Origin: Octopus sinensis
Lineage: Eukaryota
Assembly: GCF_006345805.1 (NCBI RefSeq)
Contig: NC_043004.1
Span: 93,372,001-93,436,000, forward strand
Length of the DNA: 64,000 nucleotides
Direction: 5' to 3'
Each line of letters opens with the position of its first letter. Within the stretch, counting starts at the first letter, position 1. The notes under the pieces are model-generated. The model saw nothing but the letters and a program-made list of their open reading frames with translations. It was not told where the DNA came from and searched no databases. This document shows positions 25,053 through 37,604 of this stretch, piece by piece. The position numbers and the translations under genes were made by a program.

Positions 25053-26165
25053 CACACATTAAGTACAGGACAACACCAACGAGTGAAAAACACATAAGCT
25101 CACAAGAGATAAGAACAGGACAAAATGCGAAAAAATACACAATACGAACAAGACAACAGCAATGAGTGAAAATGCGTAAACACATAAAGAGAGACAAATA
25201 CGGGACAAAATAGCAAAAGAAGTCCAACTCCTCCTCAGTTGTCGGCTGTTTATTACTCTCTATTTCGAGCTTTCAACGAAAAGTTAGGAAAACTTCTTAA
25301 GACAACAGCATCCATCAATTTTAAAAATATAAAATTTGTGGAGGATTAGGGCTTCGAACGAACAAATAACAATAGAGTGGACGTACAGAGTAAACAATTG
25401 ACGAAGACAAATATTAAGGGCCGTTAAAGAAATTTTGGAGAAATTTTGGAGAAATTTTGAAAATATATAGAATAAATAAAGAGAAGAAAATAGTGGAAGA
25501 CAAAAAATGTCGGGAGGCGAGAGGAATGACGTCCAGCAAGATGGACATCGCGTCCAGAAAAGACAGATGTGAGAGAAATGGTCTGTAGTCACGTGTGAGC
25601 AAACAAGCAGGAGGGAAGGGAGACAAAGGAGAGGATGAGGAAAATAAACAACAGAAGTGAGGAGAAGGAACGAAAGATAGACAGGGGACAGCAAAGAATA
25701 AGGGGGTGATACGGAAAATAAAGAGTATTATAGAGGGATAGAGGAGATAAAGAAAAAAAACAGAGTGTGGAGTCGCAGAAATTATAAATAAATGTAAAAA
25801 CTTACTGTGGACAAGGCTGCGTTGCATCCGATTATAAATAAATAAAAAATACACATTAAGTACACGACATCATCAACGAGCGAAAAATACGTAAACACAC
25901 GAGAGATAAGTACAGGACAAAATACCAAAAAATACACAATAAGAACAAGACAACAAGAACGAGTGAAAAATACGTAAACACATAAAGAGAGACAAGTACG
26001 GGACAAAATAGCAAAAGAAGTCAAACTCCTCCTCAGTTGTCAACTGTTTATTACACCCTATTTCGAGCTTTCAACGATAAGATAGGAAAACGTAATATGA
26101 GAACAGCATCCAGCAATTTTTAAAATATGAAATTCGGGGAGAGTTAGGGCTTCGAACGAACAAAC
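25050..26165 (-). repeat. Two diverged tandem copies (period ~795) of unclassified family G, possibly a PLE terminal repeat
   Basis: 25050-25380 resembles 25845-26165; loosely homologous to 33480-33930 in the opposite orientation. Confidence 0.6.
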
Positions 26166-26177
26166 AGCATAGAAACA

Positions 26178-26318
26178 GTCTGATTCAGATTCCGTGCTAC
26201 TTCAAGTTTTGCAGGCCCCTAACGGAGCCTATCTCTTCGGGATGGTGTCCACCAGCCTGAGGAGACAGACTCTGTAAAAGGCTTCGAAACTTGAATTAGT
26301 ATGGAATCCGAATCAAAC
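26178..26318. repeat. Imperfect inverted repeat with 34-bp arms
   Basis: 26178-26211 versus 26285-26318, 6 differences. Confidence 0.75.
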
Positions 26319-26836
26319 TATTTTGATTAGTACATATAAATAATACAATAAATGTGTTAAGTGCCCTTTCTTTCGCTTGTCTACTCCCTCATGCGTATAT
26401 GTGTTTTGGGTGTTTTGGGGTTATTACAGCCCTGTGCGCATATATGTATACAATCCTGTGCTTTTACTGCAGCATTAGAGCATTTAGCTCCTATTTCTAG
26501 GAGTGAAGGTGTCTTGATGTTCGTAGGCTGTATTTAGTGACAATTATATTTTTCCTTTATGGTAAAACATTGCGTATGGATGTTTATATTGTGTGTGTGT
26601 GTGTGTGTGTGTGAGTATTCAATACCAGAGTTACAGTATAAGGAATTTCACTCTAATTAAAAGCAACTAGAATTCAATTATATGCACACACACCCACACG
26701 GGTAGATACATACATACATACATACATACATACATACATACATACGCATAATATATACATATATACGCACATAACATATATATATATTCATATATATATA
26801 TGCATAAATATATGTACGCATACACACACACACACA

Positions 26837-26888
<52 letters not shown>

Positions 26889-27567
26889 GCATACATATGT
26901 ATATACATTGTGTGTTTCTATGTGTGTATACTTATACGAGGAGGTGTGGTGTCGCTGTGTTATGAATTAAGCACTCGCCACCTCATAATATTAGACAAGT
27001 GTTTAGATATCCAATGTACATGAGTTTTTAATGAGCTCCAGGCCTATTGAAAACATCAAATTGCTAACAAATCCATTGAATGAAGCAGAAAAACTGCGAA
27101 GTGTGCCTAATTTGAAACTAATACTTGAAGTTAATTGCCCAACACCTTCTAAAGAACGGCAGTGGTTGACATGATTAGCGATGCAAGTATTCTTGGATCG
27201 AACAACAGTCTATCGCAGATAATATTTCGGAAAATTACGGGGTGGCAGCGCCAAGCAGTGACGTGTATAAATATAAGGTGTTTAACAGTTCAAATATGTT
27301 AGGGGAATATTCGAACCTACAAGAAAGCCATTCAGTATTTTGTCATGGAGAAAATTTCACGCCGTAGACAAATGGTGTAAATACGCCAAAATCAGCTTGC
27401 AGCACCAGCTACTCAGTATTTCGGAATAGTTATCATCTCTTCAGTCACAGACACCGGACCGGCTCCCTGCGAGCTGACAAGAATGATTGTCTCTCTTATG
27501 ATATACGTACGTACATACATACATACATACATACATACATACATACATACATACATACATACATACA

Positions 27568-27597
<30 letters not shown>

Positions 27598-27598
<1 letters not shown>

Positions 27599-27804
27599 GT
27601 GACCGCGTGTATACCGTTGGCGATTTTTTCCCTCTGTCTTCCCTTCTCTGGATCTTTCCTTCTCCTATGTTTCCGACGAAGAGCTCCGCTCGAAACGTTA
27701 AACTCTCCTTCTTTCCTTCTTTCCTGAGCGTCCAATAATACTATATTTGTTCCACGTCCTCGCGTTGTTGTGTTTTTTTTTTTGTGCTTTCTTGTTGGAT
27801 TAAC

Positions 27805-27808
<4 letters not shown>
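27598..27808 (+). mobile_element. Family F2 short repeat
   Basis: Homologous to 2035-2243 and 36125-36320; between (CATA)n and (TA)n. Confidence 0.7.
27669..27703 (+). ncRNA. Minimal hammerhead-like motif, U4C variant core CCGACGA
   Basis: GUUU-CCGACGA-A-GAGC(UCC)GCUC-GAAA-CGU-U-AAAC; all helices pair. Confidence 0.6.
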
Positions 27809-27899
<91 letters not shown>

Positions 27900-27901
<2 letters not shown>

Positions 27902-27986
27902 GGGCATTACTATACATAAATGCCTCACTCTAAGTCAAACACTACCATAATAAACATGTGAGGCTTTTATGTATAGTAATGCCCTT
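27900..27986. mobile_element. 87-bp mini-MITE or hairpin with 29-bp TIRs
   Basis: 27900-27928 versus 27958-27986, one mismatch; TTAA at 27898-27901 and 27987-27990. Confidence 0.7.
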
Positions 27987-28974
27987 TTAATAAATAAATT
28001 TATTAAAAGGGAATAATTGATAATTTTCCCTATTCAGGAGAAATTCAATCGTTACTAAATGTGACTAAAGGTGCCAAGACACCTAAATTGCTAGAACTAT
28101 GAGTAAAATGCTCTTTGTGCTGTAGGAAGAGCACAAATGTATACACAGACGTTATTTTATATACATATACATATACATATATATATATAATATATGTATA
28201 TGTCTCTGTGTTTGTATTTGTTCCTCTGTGACTTCATAACCGGTGCTGGTTTGTTCGGGCCCCTGTAACTTAGTGGTTAGATTCTTAGTATCACTCCTAA
28301 AAATAAGTAGTGGTGTCGATTTGTCCGACTAAAATTCCTAAATTCTTCAAGGCGGTACCCCATCATGACCGCATTTCAATGACTATTACAAGTAAAAGAT
28401 AAAAGGGTCTGGTGGATAATGTACTGTACTCCAATATCCTGGTTCTTCTTAGATTTACTTCTACTACTAAAAGTTTGATTTTCTTCCATACAGGTTAACC
28501 AATCGACCATTGAGGAAAAAATACACAGCCGTATTGGAAGCATTTTAAAAAATAAATGTTCATTCTGTCATAATGGAGATGTTTTTTCGTCTTTTTTTCT
28601 TAAATAAGCGATCTTTATTTTATGACGAGAAGGAAACGTCTTTGAATGAAATGTGCTTCTTGAAATAACAAAGCCGTTTTTAAAATAAGTTGTCTTTATA
28701 TAATAACGGGATGGAGATGTCTGTAAGATAAGTGATCTGTCTATCATAATGGAAAGGAAAAATTATTTAAAGCGAGTGATTCGCCGAACAAAAAGACCCA
28801 TTTTAAGAACGATCATACAAACGTCAAACAAGCGATGACCTTATACCCTCGGATTCGCCATGGGAATATGTAAAAAGAAAGATCGGAGGTGTCCAGAGGA
28901 CATCGATCTCTTTCTTGCTGTTGTCGATATCTGAATGTGATCTGAGTTCTGCTTTCTGTTTCTTTGTGTGCGTG

Positions 28975-29030
<56 letters not shown>

Positions 29031-29139
29031 TGTGTGAATGGCTGGATATCGAGCAAGAAATGCCGTTAAACTAATATCGTGCTGAAGTATTCAAACTCGC
29101 TAAAGAGACACCCCGAATAAGTATGAAACTGCATATGAC

Positions 29140-29560
29140 AGCTAGTAAAGAAGGAGGCGGAGGAGGAAGAGGGGCAGTGGGGAATTATAGAAGAGGGAAG
29201 AAGAGTAGCTTGAGGGAGAGTATGGAAGTGTAGGAGGAGGAATAGGAAGAGGGGCGGTGTGGAAGCATAGGAGGGGGAAGAAGAGTAGCTTGAGGGAGAG
29301 TATGGAAGTGTAGGAGGAGGAAGAGGAGGAGGGGCGGTGTGGAAGCATAGGAGGGGAAGAAGAATAGCTTGAGGGGAAGTGGGAAAGTGGTGGAGGAGGA
29401 GGAGGAGGGGTGGTGGGGAAGCATAGGAGGGGAAGAAGAGTAGCTTGAGGGGAAGTAGGGAAGTGGAGGAAGAGGAGAAGGAGGAGGAGGGGAAGGAGGA
29501 GATAGAGGGAAAGGATGATGTAGTAGGGAAGGTGGAGGTGGAGGGAAATGAGAAGAAAAG
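29140..29560. repeat. Purine-rich minisatellite, about four units of 76-80 bp
   Basis: TAGCTTGAGGG recurs at 29206, 29286, 29365 and 29441. Confidence 0.85.
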
Positions 29561-30398
29561 CAGCCGGAGACAAAAAGAAAAGACAGAAGAACAAACTAGG
29601 CAGGGTTCTTTTTCTTTTTTTTGAATCAACATATGGCCATCTTCAGAGTTGTGTTGTTATGATTGGGTAACAAAGTGTTAATGGCTGCATTAGTGAATAG
29701 CGAGGAAATGGATGAAAAAGAAAAAAAAACAACGGTTGAACTTGTAGACGTCTGTTCTGAATTACAACTATAGCTTCAGAGAAGCTGGTTTGATAAGGTG
29801 AGAGATTGGTTATAATGTTCACGTAATGTATAGGTATATTAATAACGAGATCTGGCGCGGAGGAGGGAGTTGAAGTTTTGGCATGTGGAATAACGGATAT
29901 CTAACATTAAATAGCATTAAATACTGGAATCTGCCTATAGAAAAAAAGGCATGCACATATACGCGCACACGCATACACGAACACACATACACACACACAC
30001 ACGCACGCACGCATACACAGACACACACACGAACACAGACACACATATATATACGCACACTCGCAGACACCAGATTACATGAACATACACACTCTAACGC
30101 GCATAGATGTATATATTGTGTGTTCAAAAGGTCTCTCCGCAGTAAATAACTTATTGCAAAATAAAAATTTGTAAGATGGTATAAGACTACAAAAGAATAT
30201 ATTAGACTTTACAAGACTTTAAAAAGCTTTATAAGATGTGTTGAAAGTTTTGTCCTTCATTTTCAATACATAAGTTGACTCTTCTACACATGTTTTGAAA
30301 TACATCTTGGATGAAAAAAATTCACTGCAGAGAAACTATTTGAACACCCTGTATGTATGTATATATATATAATATATATATATATATATAATATATAT

Positions 30399-30461
<63 letters not shown>

Positions 30462-30465
<4 letters not shown>

Positions 30466-31700
30466 GGTTGTCTCACGTGAAATGTCATATTTGAAAAAGG
30501 AAACATTAAAATGTTTTTTTTAAGTTTTAGAATATTTATTTATTTAATCAAAATATGATCCTTGTTCATTTATGACCTTCATCCAACGTTCCTCTAAGGT
30601 ATATATTCGATCTTCAAAGAATTTGTCATCTTTTACACTGATAAACTGTTCGAATGCTTCAATTACCACTTCTTTATTTAAGAATGCTTTGTTACGTATA
30701 GCAAAGTCGAAGTGATAATCAGTAGGAGAGATATCAGGAAAATAAGGAGGATATACCAAAATTTCATAATTCAGGCTTTGCAACTTGTGGACCGTAACTT
30801 GAGAAGTGAGTGGCCGTGCTTTATCATGAAGCAAAATTGGGCCATCTCTAATTAACTAATCTGGGTTGCTTCTTTTTTAATTTTTCATGCATAAAATCAA
30901 TTTCCCGACAATAAGATGTTGCTGTTACAGTTTTACCTTGTTGCAAAAACGAATAATGAATAACCCCCTTTATTGACCACGATACAGTGATCATCATCTT
31001 TTTATGGTGCAATGAGGGTTTTGGGTAGTGTTTTGGTGACTCTCTTTCATCTAACCACTGTCCTGTCCACCTGCTGTTATCAAATAATATCCATTTCTCA
31101 TCACACGTAATGAGTCGATACAACCGAGAAATCAACTTGGAACACACTGTAAGGCGTCTGTTTCTTTGAATGTCATTAAGTTGATGGGGAACAAACCTAT
31201 CCATCTTTTTGACTTTTCCAATTTTCTTCAAGTGCCGACAAGCAGTTGCGGGAGATGTCTGTACCAATGATCCGATTTTTCGGACCGTTGTTCTCGGATT
31301 TCCTTTAACCAAAGCATTCAGTTGATCATGCCGAATAACTGATTTTGGTCTCCTTCTTGGTTCATTTTTAAGGATTTCATTTCCCGAACGAAACCTTTGG
31401 AACCATCTCCGAACAGTTCTAAAGTCAACAGAATCGTTACCAAAAGCCCGCTTGATGTTTCGTAGAGCTTCGGTGGCAGAGTGATCCAACTTGTATTCGT
31501 ACAAGAAAATCACTCGGTATTGTTCAGTTGTTAACATTATCATAAGAGCTGTGGGTAGCAATTTTGAATAATAGTATTGTCTAGAAAGAAAAAGAGTTAA
31601 GAGAAAACACAAGCATATGCACAGAAACTCATTAAAAATTCCATTTATAGATGACTAATAAGAAACCTATTTAAAATACATTTCATGTGAGACAACCTAA
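30462..31700 (-). mobile_element. Full-length mariner transposon (DD34D)
   Basis: TIRs AGGTTGTCTCAC(A/G)TGAAATGT at 30465-30485 and 31678-31698; flanked by (TA)n. Confidence 0.93.
30544..31612 (-). pseudogene. Mariner transposase split by a 1-nt insertion near 30849
   Basis: HTH region, FVPHQL, ITCDEKW, LHDKARP, YFPDISPTDYH; 34 residues between D2 and D3. Confidence 0.92.
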
Positions 31701-32679
31701 TATAATATATATATATATATATACACATGCATTATATGCATATATACATGTATGTATGTATGTATGTATGTATGTATGTATGTATGTATGTATGTATGTA
31801 TGTATGTATGTATGTATGTATGTACATGTATGTATATACATGTATGTATATACATGTATGTACAGATATTTTTATAATTGCGTGTGTGTGTATGCAATAT
31901 ATGTGTGTGTATGTGAGTATACTACAAGCATATGAATATATATTCATCTATATACGCATTAAAATGAAGTTATGTATATATGTGCGTGTGTGTGTATGTA
32001 TATGCATTCATACACACACATGTGTGTATGTATGTATATATATGCATGTATGTATGTGTCTATGTATATATGTATGTGTGTGTATGTATGTGTATATACT
32101 TGTATGCACATACATCAATGTTTCTTATAAGCACATATTAATATACTCATGTAGTATACAGGTGTATGAGTGAGTGTATAAGTATGTGTGATCACACCTG
32201 ACTATAATTAGAAGAAAAGATAAGTTAATGTCATGGTACTACCTACCATTGCTAGAACCACCACAACCAGCACCACCACCAACAACAACAACAAAAACAC
32301 CAACAGAAAATACCCCAAAGCTACACCATATGTCTTGGAATGACATTCTTTACATAAGTAGCAACATACTTCATTCCTTCTTCGTTAGAAATTCGTTAGG
32401 TGGATCTCTACTCCACGCCACTCGAACCGACCACTCATTCTATTAATCATCTTCGTTGCTGAACACTTCACTTTACAGCAATCTGTTTATTTGCTTGTTT
32501 TTTTTTTCTTATTTTGTTTCGTAATATCAACTTTAATAACCCTTGTGGCAGATATAAGCATCATCATATGTATTTGCGTAAATGTTTCTAAATATGCGTG
32601 TGTGAAAGAGAGAGAGAAAGAATTATGCATCTTTCATACTTTGTATATGCCACAGGAGCAATCATACAATTGATATATA

Positions 32680-33191
32680 CCGTAAATCCTCGAGTATAGT
32701 CGGCCCTTGAGTATAATACGCGGGGGATTTTTAGGGGGCTGTACCTCTGAAAAACCTAAACCTTGTGTGTAATACGCACCCCTTCTCTAACTTGAGTCAA
32801 GGAGGTCTATATAACGTCCTTGGTTTGTAAAAATGTATACGGTAACGTCCTTTATTATTATTATTGTATATATAACATAATGCAAACGTGTAGCTTTTTT
32901 GTGCATTTTGTTTGCAGAAAATATAGAAATAACAGTAATAATGTTTAATAAATGTTGCTTACTGCAAGTTATGAATGATTCTTTTATGACTTCATTGCTT
33001 TCTGGCTTAGCTTAAGGTATTTTTGCGCCACATAACAAAATGCGTCTGAATTAACATTGCCGGACAGCAAATAGAAACTCGGACATTGCTCAGAAAATAA
33101 TTTTCATTTTAAACCTCGTATATAGTACGCACTAGGGATTTTGACCTTTAATTTTTGGAAAAAAATGCGGATTATACTCGAGGATTTACGG
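32680..33191. mobile_element. Tc1/mariner-superfamily (Tc2/pogo-like) MITE
   Basis: Perfect TIR CCGTAAATCCTCGAGTATA; TA TSD both sides; subterminal repeats. Confidence 0.88.
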
Positions 33192-33479
33192 TATACATTA
33201 ATGTGTGGCTTATATGCATACAGTATGCCCTAGAGGTCTATTCACATCCGATTCCGTTCGAATACGTGATGTTGATAAGCCACATAAAATAGCGAAACAT
33301 CGATTTCCATTGCTCCTGAGCTCTGTCAAGCCTGTCCATGACTTTCAAGTGTTTTAACACCCGGTGCTACGAAAGAGTAATCTCCGTCACGCCATATCGC
33401 AGCCTACCAGCAAATACTCGCGTTGTGTACGTTAAGTAATTGTGGTCGATAATATATTTGGGTGTGTGTCTGTCAACTA

Positions 33480-33925
33480 AATGTCTTTCATCCTTGATAC
33501 GTTCAACATTTTCTCATTTTCATTTTTCTCTTGTCTCTTCTTTGTTTCTCAGTTTCTTATTCTTATCCTGGCGTTCACTATTTCCTCTCGTTCTGCTCTA
33601 GCAACCTTCCATGCTTGTTTTCGTTCGATTTCCTTGTATGTCTCCACCGTCATTTTTTTTGTTCCCAAATTTTACCCTCCATAGATCCTAAATTTTATCT
33701 TAGAATTTGTGGGAGCAGCTGTCTTTGAGGACTCATGTTGTCGCTGAATGCTCGTAATGAGGATTAGATAGACAGCCAACAACTGATGAAGGGTCCTTTC
33801 TCTGTATTAGCTTCTCCTGTTTTCCATTTTGTCGTTGTTCACTGCATTTCATTCGTTTTTCCCTCGTTTGTTTACGTGGTTCATGTTATTTGCACCGTTT
33901 GGGTACGTCCTGTACCCATATATGT

Positions 33926-33930
<5 letters not shown>
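33480..33930 (+). repeat. Family G related copy
   Basis: Shares GCTCG(A/T)AAT...ACAGCC(G/A)ACAACTGA(G/T)GA with 25050-26165. Confidence 0.45.
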
Positions 33931-33956
<26 letters not shown>

Positions 33957-34001
33957 TATATAGATATCATAATATATATATATATAATATAAATATAGAT
34001 C

Positions 34002-34061
<60 letters not shown>

Positions 34062-34804
34062 TATAGATGTAATATATATATATATATATGATATATATAT
34101 ATATAATATACAAATTGTTTCGAAAAGAAAATATAAATACAAGTGGAAATGTAGGGTAAAATATGAAAAATCAACGAAAATGCATATTGCAATAGAAAAA
34201 GGCTATTTATGACAGGTAACGACAAATATATACATATAGATTGACTGAGGTAGTAATACGAGTCATAAAAGTCATTATTATGAGATGATTATAAGATGAT
34301 AATAAAGTAAGAGAACAAAACGAACCAATGGTTTACGTGAAGGCTATTCATCGTTTGAATATATATATATTGTTGGGATCTTGATGGTTTTCGTGACTGC
34401 ATGTCGAAATCTTAAAAAAATATTTTAATGCATCATATAGAGGTAATTTTTGACGCTGAATCCTGAATTTGTTATTCATTTATTCTAGAAAAGTTTTACG
34501 AAACTGTTACAGGTGTTCAAAGTTTAATAATTTTCAGAATTTTCGGCCAGTCAGAAAACAGCGCGTTCGCTGCCTCTTCCCTCATCTGGTGGGGGGCACC
34601 GGCACGTCATAACATTAAACTAGCCACAGTAAAAAGTGAAGAAACATTAAAACATTCGCGAGCAAATTAGATATTTAAAAGCTACGAACAAACCAACAGG
34701 AGTTGCTATAAATAACAGTCGAAACATTAAAATGTACAGGAATAAAGTTAACAGTGAAAAACGTTTAAAAGCTACGGGAGTTACTCTCTCTCTCTCTCTC
34801 TCTC

Positions 34805-35044
34805 TCTTTTACTCTTTTACTTGTTTCAGTCATTTGACTGCGGCCATGCTGGAGCACCGCCTTTTAATCGAGCAATTCGACCCCGGGACTTATTCTTTTG
34901 TAAGCCCAGTACTTATTCTATCAGTCTCTTTTGCCGAACCGCTAGATAACGGGGACATAAACACACAGCATCGGTTGTCAAGCAATGCTAGGGGGACAAA
35001 AACAGACACACAAGCACACACACGCATATATATATATATATATT

Positions 35045-35105
<61 letters not shown>

Positions 35106-35266
35106 GACGGGCTTCTTCAGTTTCCGTCTACCAAATCCACTCACAAGGCTTTGGTCGGCCCGAGGCTATAGTAGAAGACACTTGCCCAAGGTGCCACACA
35201 GTGGGACTGAACCAGGAACTATTTGGTTGCTAAACGAGCTACTTGCCACACAGCCACTCCTGCGCC
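34805..35266 (-). mobile_element. SINE family A
   Basis: Full length, reverse orientation. Confidence 0.88.
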
Positions 35267-35557
35267 TAGAATTGCTAGAATTAATAATTAAAACATTACT
35301 TAAAACAGATATTTATTAGTTAAACAAATTCAAGAACGAAAGTTTGCAATACACTCTAGGATTTTGTAAAATAAATTATCTATTCCACATCTCCTTCTCC
35401 ACATAAATTCCCAAAGATTCAACCATGGAATGGTGTGTCCACTCCGGTGTTTGTTTCCACGCTTTTATGATGCCTAGGTACTTTCAGTTTGTTGAGTGTG
35501 AGTCCCATCTGTTATGAAAGGAAACAATTATAGAACACATGGTGGTTACACTCCTTG

Positions 35558-35644
35558 TGCGCATGCGCAGCATCTTTGGTTACTATGGAAACAGAGTTCT
35601 TCGCCACGGTGATGTATAAAAATACTTGCTTCTGATTGGCTAAA
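35558..35644. promoter_or_regulatory. Cluster of NRF1-like, RFX X-box-like and CCAAT/Y-box motifs
   Basis: TGCGCATGCGCA 35558-35569, GTTACTATGGAAAC 35579-35592, CTGATTGGCTAAA 35632-35644; motif match only. Confidence 0.3.
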
Positions 35645-36124
35645 ATTTTGCCAATTTTAAAGGCTTATAACTTTTTGACTTTGTATTTATAGGGAAAGTG
35701 AATTATATTTTCATAATTAGTGTACAAAGCTTAATCCATATACCAAATTTGAAAACAATCAGAGCAAAATTGTAGACAGTGACGAAAACCACAAAGATCC
35801 TATTGAATTTCGGGATGGTAACTTTTCTTTTTTTTTTTTCCAAATAAACACAAACACTATATATTCGTTCTTCACTCATTTATTACTGTTCTTATTCTAA
35901 CTCAAGTCCATTGTCCGGAAATCTTTCGGCACACATCTGTGACCATCTCAGCGATACTTTCCATCTTCGTATGTGCTCTTGCTGTGGAATAAGCAGAGAA
36001 AGAACAGTAATAAACGAGGGAAGAACGTGTGATTATTTGGGAGAAAATGGCCGTCCCAAAATACAACAGTGTTTCAACGCACGACTTCAAATCAGGAATC
36101 TTGCAACACAAATTCATAAACAAA

Positions 36125-36320
36125 TGTGACCTCATGCGTACCGTTGGAGATTTTTTTCCCTCTGTCTTCCCTTCTCGGGATCTCCTCTCCTATGTTCCGA
36201 CGAAGAGCTCGCTCGAAAACGTTAAACCCTCCATCTTCTGAGCGTCCAATAATACTATATTATGTTCCACGTCTCGCGTGTGGTGTTTTTTTTGTGGTTT
36301 TCTTGTTGGGATTATTAAAT
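36125..36320 (+). mobile_element. Family F2 copy with degenerate HHR (core CCGACGA at 36197-36203)
   Basis: Homologous to 27598-27808. Confidence 0.65.
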
Positions 36321-36409
36321 TTATATTAATATATATATATATACGCACGCGCACACACGCAAACACACACACATACACACACATACACACACACACACAC
36401 ACACACGAA

Positions 36410-36752
36410 TGTGAAGGCCCATGGTTCAGTGGCTGCAATATCGGGCTCACAATCATGAGGTAGTGAATTCGATTCTCGAATTGGGCTGAGTGTTGTGTTC
36501 TTAAAGACACTTTATTTCGCGTTGTTCCAGTTCACTCAGCTGTAGAAATGAGTTGCGTCGTCACTAGTGCCAAGCTATATCGGCCTTTGCCTTTCCATTG
36601 GATAAACTCGATGGCGTGGAGAGGGGAGACTGATATGCATGGGCGACTGCTGGTCTTCCATAAACAACTTTACCCGGACTTGTGCTTCGGTGAGTAACCT
36701 TCTAGATGCAATCCCATGGTCATTCATGACCGAAGAGGGTCTTTACCTTTAC
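36410..36752 (+). mobile_element. tRNA-derived SINE family C
   Basis: Homologous to 43747-44095; A/B boxes; GCTCCAGTTCACTCAGCTGTAGAAATGAG-type body. Confidence 0.8.
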
Positions 36753-36770
36753 CTGTTTTATATACATACA

Positions 36771-37076
36771 TGGAGGCGCAATGGCCTAGTGGTTAGGGCA
36801 GCGGACTCGCGGTCGCAGGATCGCGGTTTCGATTCCCAGACCGGGCGTTGTGTGTGTTTATTGAGCGAAAACACCTAAAAGCTCCACGAGGCTCCGGCAG
36901 GGGGTGGTGATCCCTGCTGTACTCTTTCACCACTCTTTCTCCCACTCTTTCTTCTGTTAGCCTGCTCGCTTAGCCAGCGGGGTGGCGTCATTCGAAGGTT
37001 AAAACAATGCGAACGCATTGTGACCAGCGATGTGTAACAACATCTGATAGTCTGGTCGGTCACGTGATCACGTGAT
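36771..37076 (+). mobile_element. SINE family B, tail variant 1
   Basis: TGGCCTAGTGG and GTTTCGATTCC boxes; tail ends GTGATCACGTGATA. Confidence 0.85.
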
Positions 37077-37485
37077 ATACATACATTATATACTTACATA
37101 CATGCATGAATACATACTACATATTAACAGCGGTGCTTCAGTATAGTTTAGCCAAGATAGCGAAACGACAGATGTGCACACGAACACCCACACACGGACA
37201 CACGGACACACGGACACACACGGACATCCACCCACATACACACACCACACACGTGTAGGAATTTAGATCATCTCATTTAATCGTATAGTGACTTCTGTTC
37301 TAACTGATCGTTATTTGCTGGCTTTGTACCTAAATCATCATCATCGTTGTTGTTGTTATTTATTATTGTTATTAATCTCAATCATGTTGCTACTGAAACC
37401 TCAGACGTGAAGGCCAGGCAATCTCCGTGGTAAATTTGCTTCTCGCCTTTCTGTACCTATCAATCATTGTGTCACACTTGTCTTC

Positions 37486-37516
<31 letters not shown>

Positions 37517-37567
37517 ATTATATATAGTATATATATATATGTATGTATATATATGTAGTATATATAT

Positions 37568-37604
<37 letters not shown>

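Noticed and set aside
26257-26301. CUGAGGA...GAAAC as a hammerhead
   Set aside because: Stem II has only 2 bp and stem I does not pair; better explained by the surrounding inverted repeat.
26935-27480. Possible decayed mariner starting TACGAGG
   Set aside because: No matching second TIR or transposase motif could be read.
29140-29560. CRISPR-like array or proline/serine-rich CDS
   Set aside because: No unique spacers, eukaryotic context and low complexity.
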